Below are positions 62,159 through 64,000 of a DNA stretch of 64,000 nt, one piece after another (position 1 is the stretch's first letter; each line of letters begins with the position of its first letter). The notes under the pieces were generated by a model. It was not told where the DNA came from. It searched no databases and saw nothing but the letters and a program-made list of their open reading frames with translations. The position numbers and the translations under genes were made by a program. Origin of the DNA: Balanoglossus misakiensis (Eukaryota > Animalia > Hemichordata); contig CM082576.2 of assembly GCA_040954595.2 (NCBI GenBank), positions 7,319,129 to 7,383,128 on the forward strand. The letters are read 5' to 3'.

Positions 62159-63256
62159 TGAATGTGTTTCCCTCGTTTCAGAAGACTTTCAGTGAGCCAT
62201 ACTAGAATAAGTATCCCATGAGGACAAACCGATGACAGATGCGTGACTTCCACGCAATTTTTATATTTCTTATTTTAAGGAGTGTTACATTGCAAGGAAC
62301 CTGTATAGATGACTTTTTTTCTCTTGATAGGTTTCTTGAATAAATGAATTGTTGCAGGTAAAAGTTCTGAAGTGTCTGTGTCTTTCAGTAGCTCAGCAGT
62401 ATCCAAGACCTCATGCAGGTCCGTTTCAGTACCTGGAATGAACAGTGAAACTTTGAATTCTCGTCATCTATTGAGTCAAATATAATACACACAGTTGACA
62501 ATACTATTCTCAGTGTACTCACCAAGAATTTCTGACACTCCAAAAAAGTGCGCCACCACATGCTCATTCGAAGACTTGTACATGTATAGGCATATGTCAA
62601 TAGGAGGTGACCGTATATCTTTAACATGGGATTTGGAATATTTCGACAAGTTTCCATCCTCTCAAACGTATAAAGAGAAACGGGAACGTTTCAAATGTGG
62701 TGTAAAGTATTGCTGTTTTGGGTAGGTTTGGTCTCTATGGTTTGGTAGTATAGTTCCCGACTTTTAGTGACACAAAATATACGTATGAACTCGAGTGTCT
62801 TGGTGTAATAATCGATTATCGTCGCGTACGTGTGTACGTTCTCTGACAAATTTGCCTAGATAGCTAGCGAAGCCGGGTGCATTCCACCAAAAACGAGATC
62901 ACGTTTGCTTCTTTATCAAACACCTATATACAAGTAATACCTTCCGGTAAGCATTCGTTTTGATTGAAGTGATTTTAATTTTAAAAAGTGGTTAGACCAG
63001 TATCATCACAACTGGTCAAAAAGAATTGAAAATACAAGTAATACAAATAAATCGAGATGTCAGATTTCATGCGATGTTCATAAGCTTAACAGACACCTGA
63101 CTGACTGATATACAGCTGCAGTAATGCAATTGAGAATTCAAAGTTTCAAATGTCATGAGAAGTACAATAAAATATCTACACATGTACATCCCATCTGGAA
63201 GATAGACAAAAATATCTGTTTGGTGAAGTTCAGTGTCCAATAACGTTTGCACCAGA

Positions 63257-63856
63257 TCAATAAAATTTATCCACGATCTTCATAACCATTTCAAAGAGAC
63301 GCGTCGGTAACACGTGTGACAGTGCTATCATGAAGAATCGGAACCAAACTGTCCGGTCCAGCCAAGCAAAGGCAGCCGCAAGTTGAATGCCGATGATTGC
63401 GTATGTCTTCAATTCCTGAATGACAAGTAAAGTCGACGTCGCGTACTCCTGGATGTTAGAGACGAGTTTGGTCGACAGGAGGAACAACTTCTCGGCGAAG
63501 TTGACGAAGCGTCCGACGATCGGCAGACGACGTGCAATGTAAACTGATATTGCCAGAAAGCATCTGAGTGGACCATTCGTATGGTCAATACCAAAGTTAT
63601 CCAAGACTTCACATAAGGCAAACCACAGCCATGGAACGATGGTGGAAGGTTTCCATATAGATACAGCAACGTTGCCTGGAGTTCTTCTGTAAGACCGTTC
63701 AACACGGAGGACGAATGCGATTGGCGCCGTCATCAGCCGAAAGAGTCTCTCATAAAAACACAGAACTCTGCCCACGACGGGTACTTTCTTCATCATGACG
63801 TACAAAGTGGTTATAAGCGTCACCATCAAACGGATGACGAAAGTTCTGATCGCCAT
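63257..63856 (-). CDS. Uncharacterised hydrophobic/amphipathic protein (about 199 aa) with an internal duplication
   Basis: ORF from AAA-ATG-G at 63856, CpG-rich, with the repeat YVMMKKVPVVGRVLCFYERLFRLMT / YIARRLPIVGRFVNFAEKLFLLST. It could be part of a gene extending beyond the window. Confidence 0.6.
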   Translation of the reverse strand: MAIRTFVIRLMVTLITTLYVMMKKVPVVGRVLCFYERLFRLMTAPIAFVLRVERSYRRTPGNVAVSIWKPSTIVPWLWFALCEVLDNFGIDHTNGPLRCFLAISVYIARRLPIVGRFVNFAEKLFLLSTKLVSNIQEYATSTLLVIQELKTYAIIGIQLAAAFAWLDRTVWFRFFMIALSHVLPTRLFEMVMKIVDKFY

Positions 63857-64000
63857 TTTGGAAGATGATTTGTGATAAAACACGCAGTGAATGTAACGTT
63901 GTGGTAGAGCATCCAGAGAAATGGAATGAATGGCGTTTCCAAGCAAGAACTTCTTGCAAACAAATATTGCGCGTTCGGTCGCATTGTTTCATGGAAGAAT

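Overview
AT-rich, intron-rich animal genomic DNA; the gene families and the mosaic CpG pattern suggest an invertebrate, possibly a deuterostome (inference only). Reading splice sites by hand on both strands gives 10 gene models, in order: (1) partial 3-hydroxyacyl-CoA dehydrogenase-family gene (-), head-to-head with (2) CAMKMT (+, 11 exons, one probable U12 minor intron); (3) intronless 486-aa uncharacterised ORF (-); (4) ADP-dependent glucokinase (+); (5) a 137-aa ankyrin-repeat gene spread over 12.7 kb (-); (6, 7) two tandem HHIP-like genes that end in an NTR/netrin-type module and show patchy near-identity suggesting gene conversion (+); (8) a 22-exon, 921-aa ankyrin + GH20 hexosaminidase-fold fusion lacking the catalytic Asp-Glu (-), head-to-head with (9) GLRX5 (+); (10) an intronless hydrophobic ORF with an internal repeat (-). 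Non-coding features include piggyBac-type TTAA MITEs, a hAT-like element, a 44-bp minisatellite, microsatellites and many RFX X-box palindromes. No tRNA, rRNA or CRISPR array was seen. Coordinates and counts were done by eye and no database searches were run.
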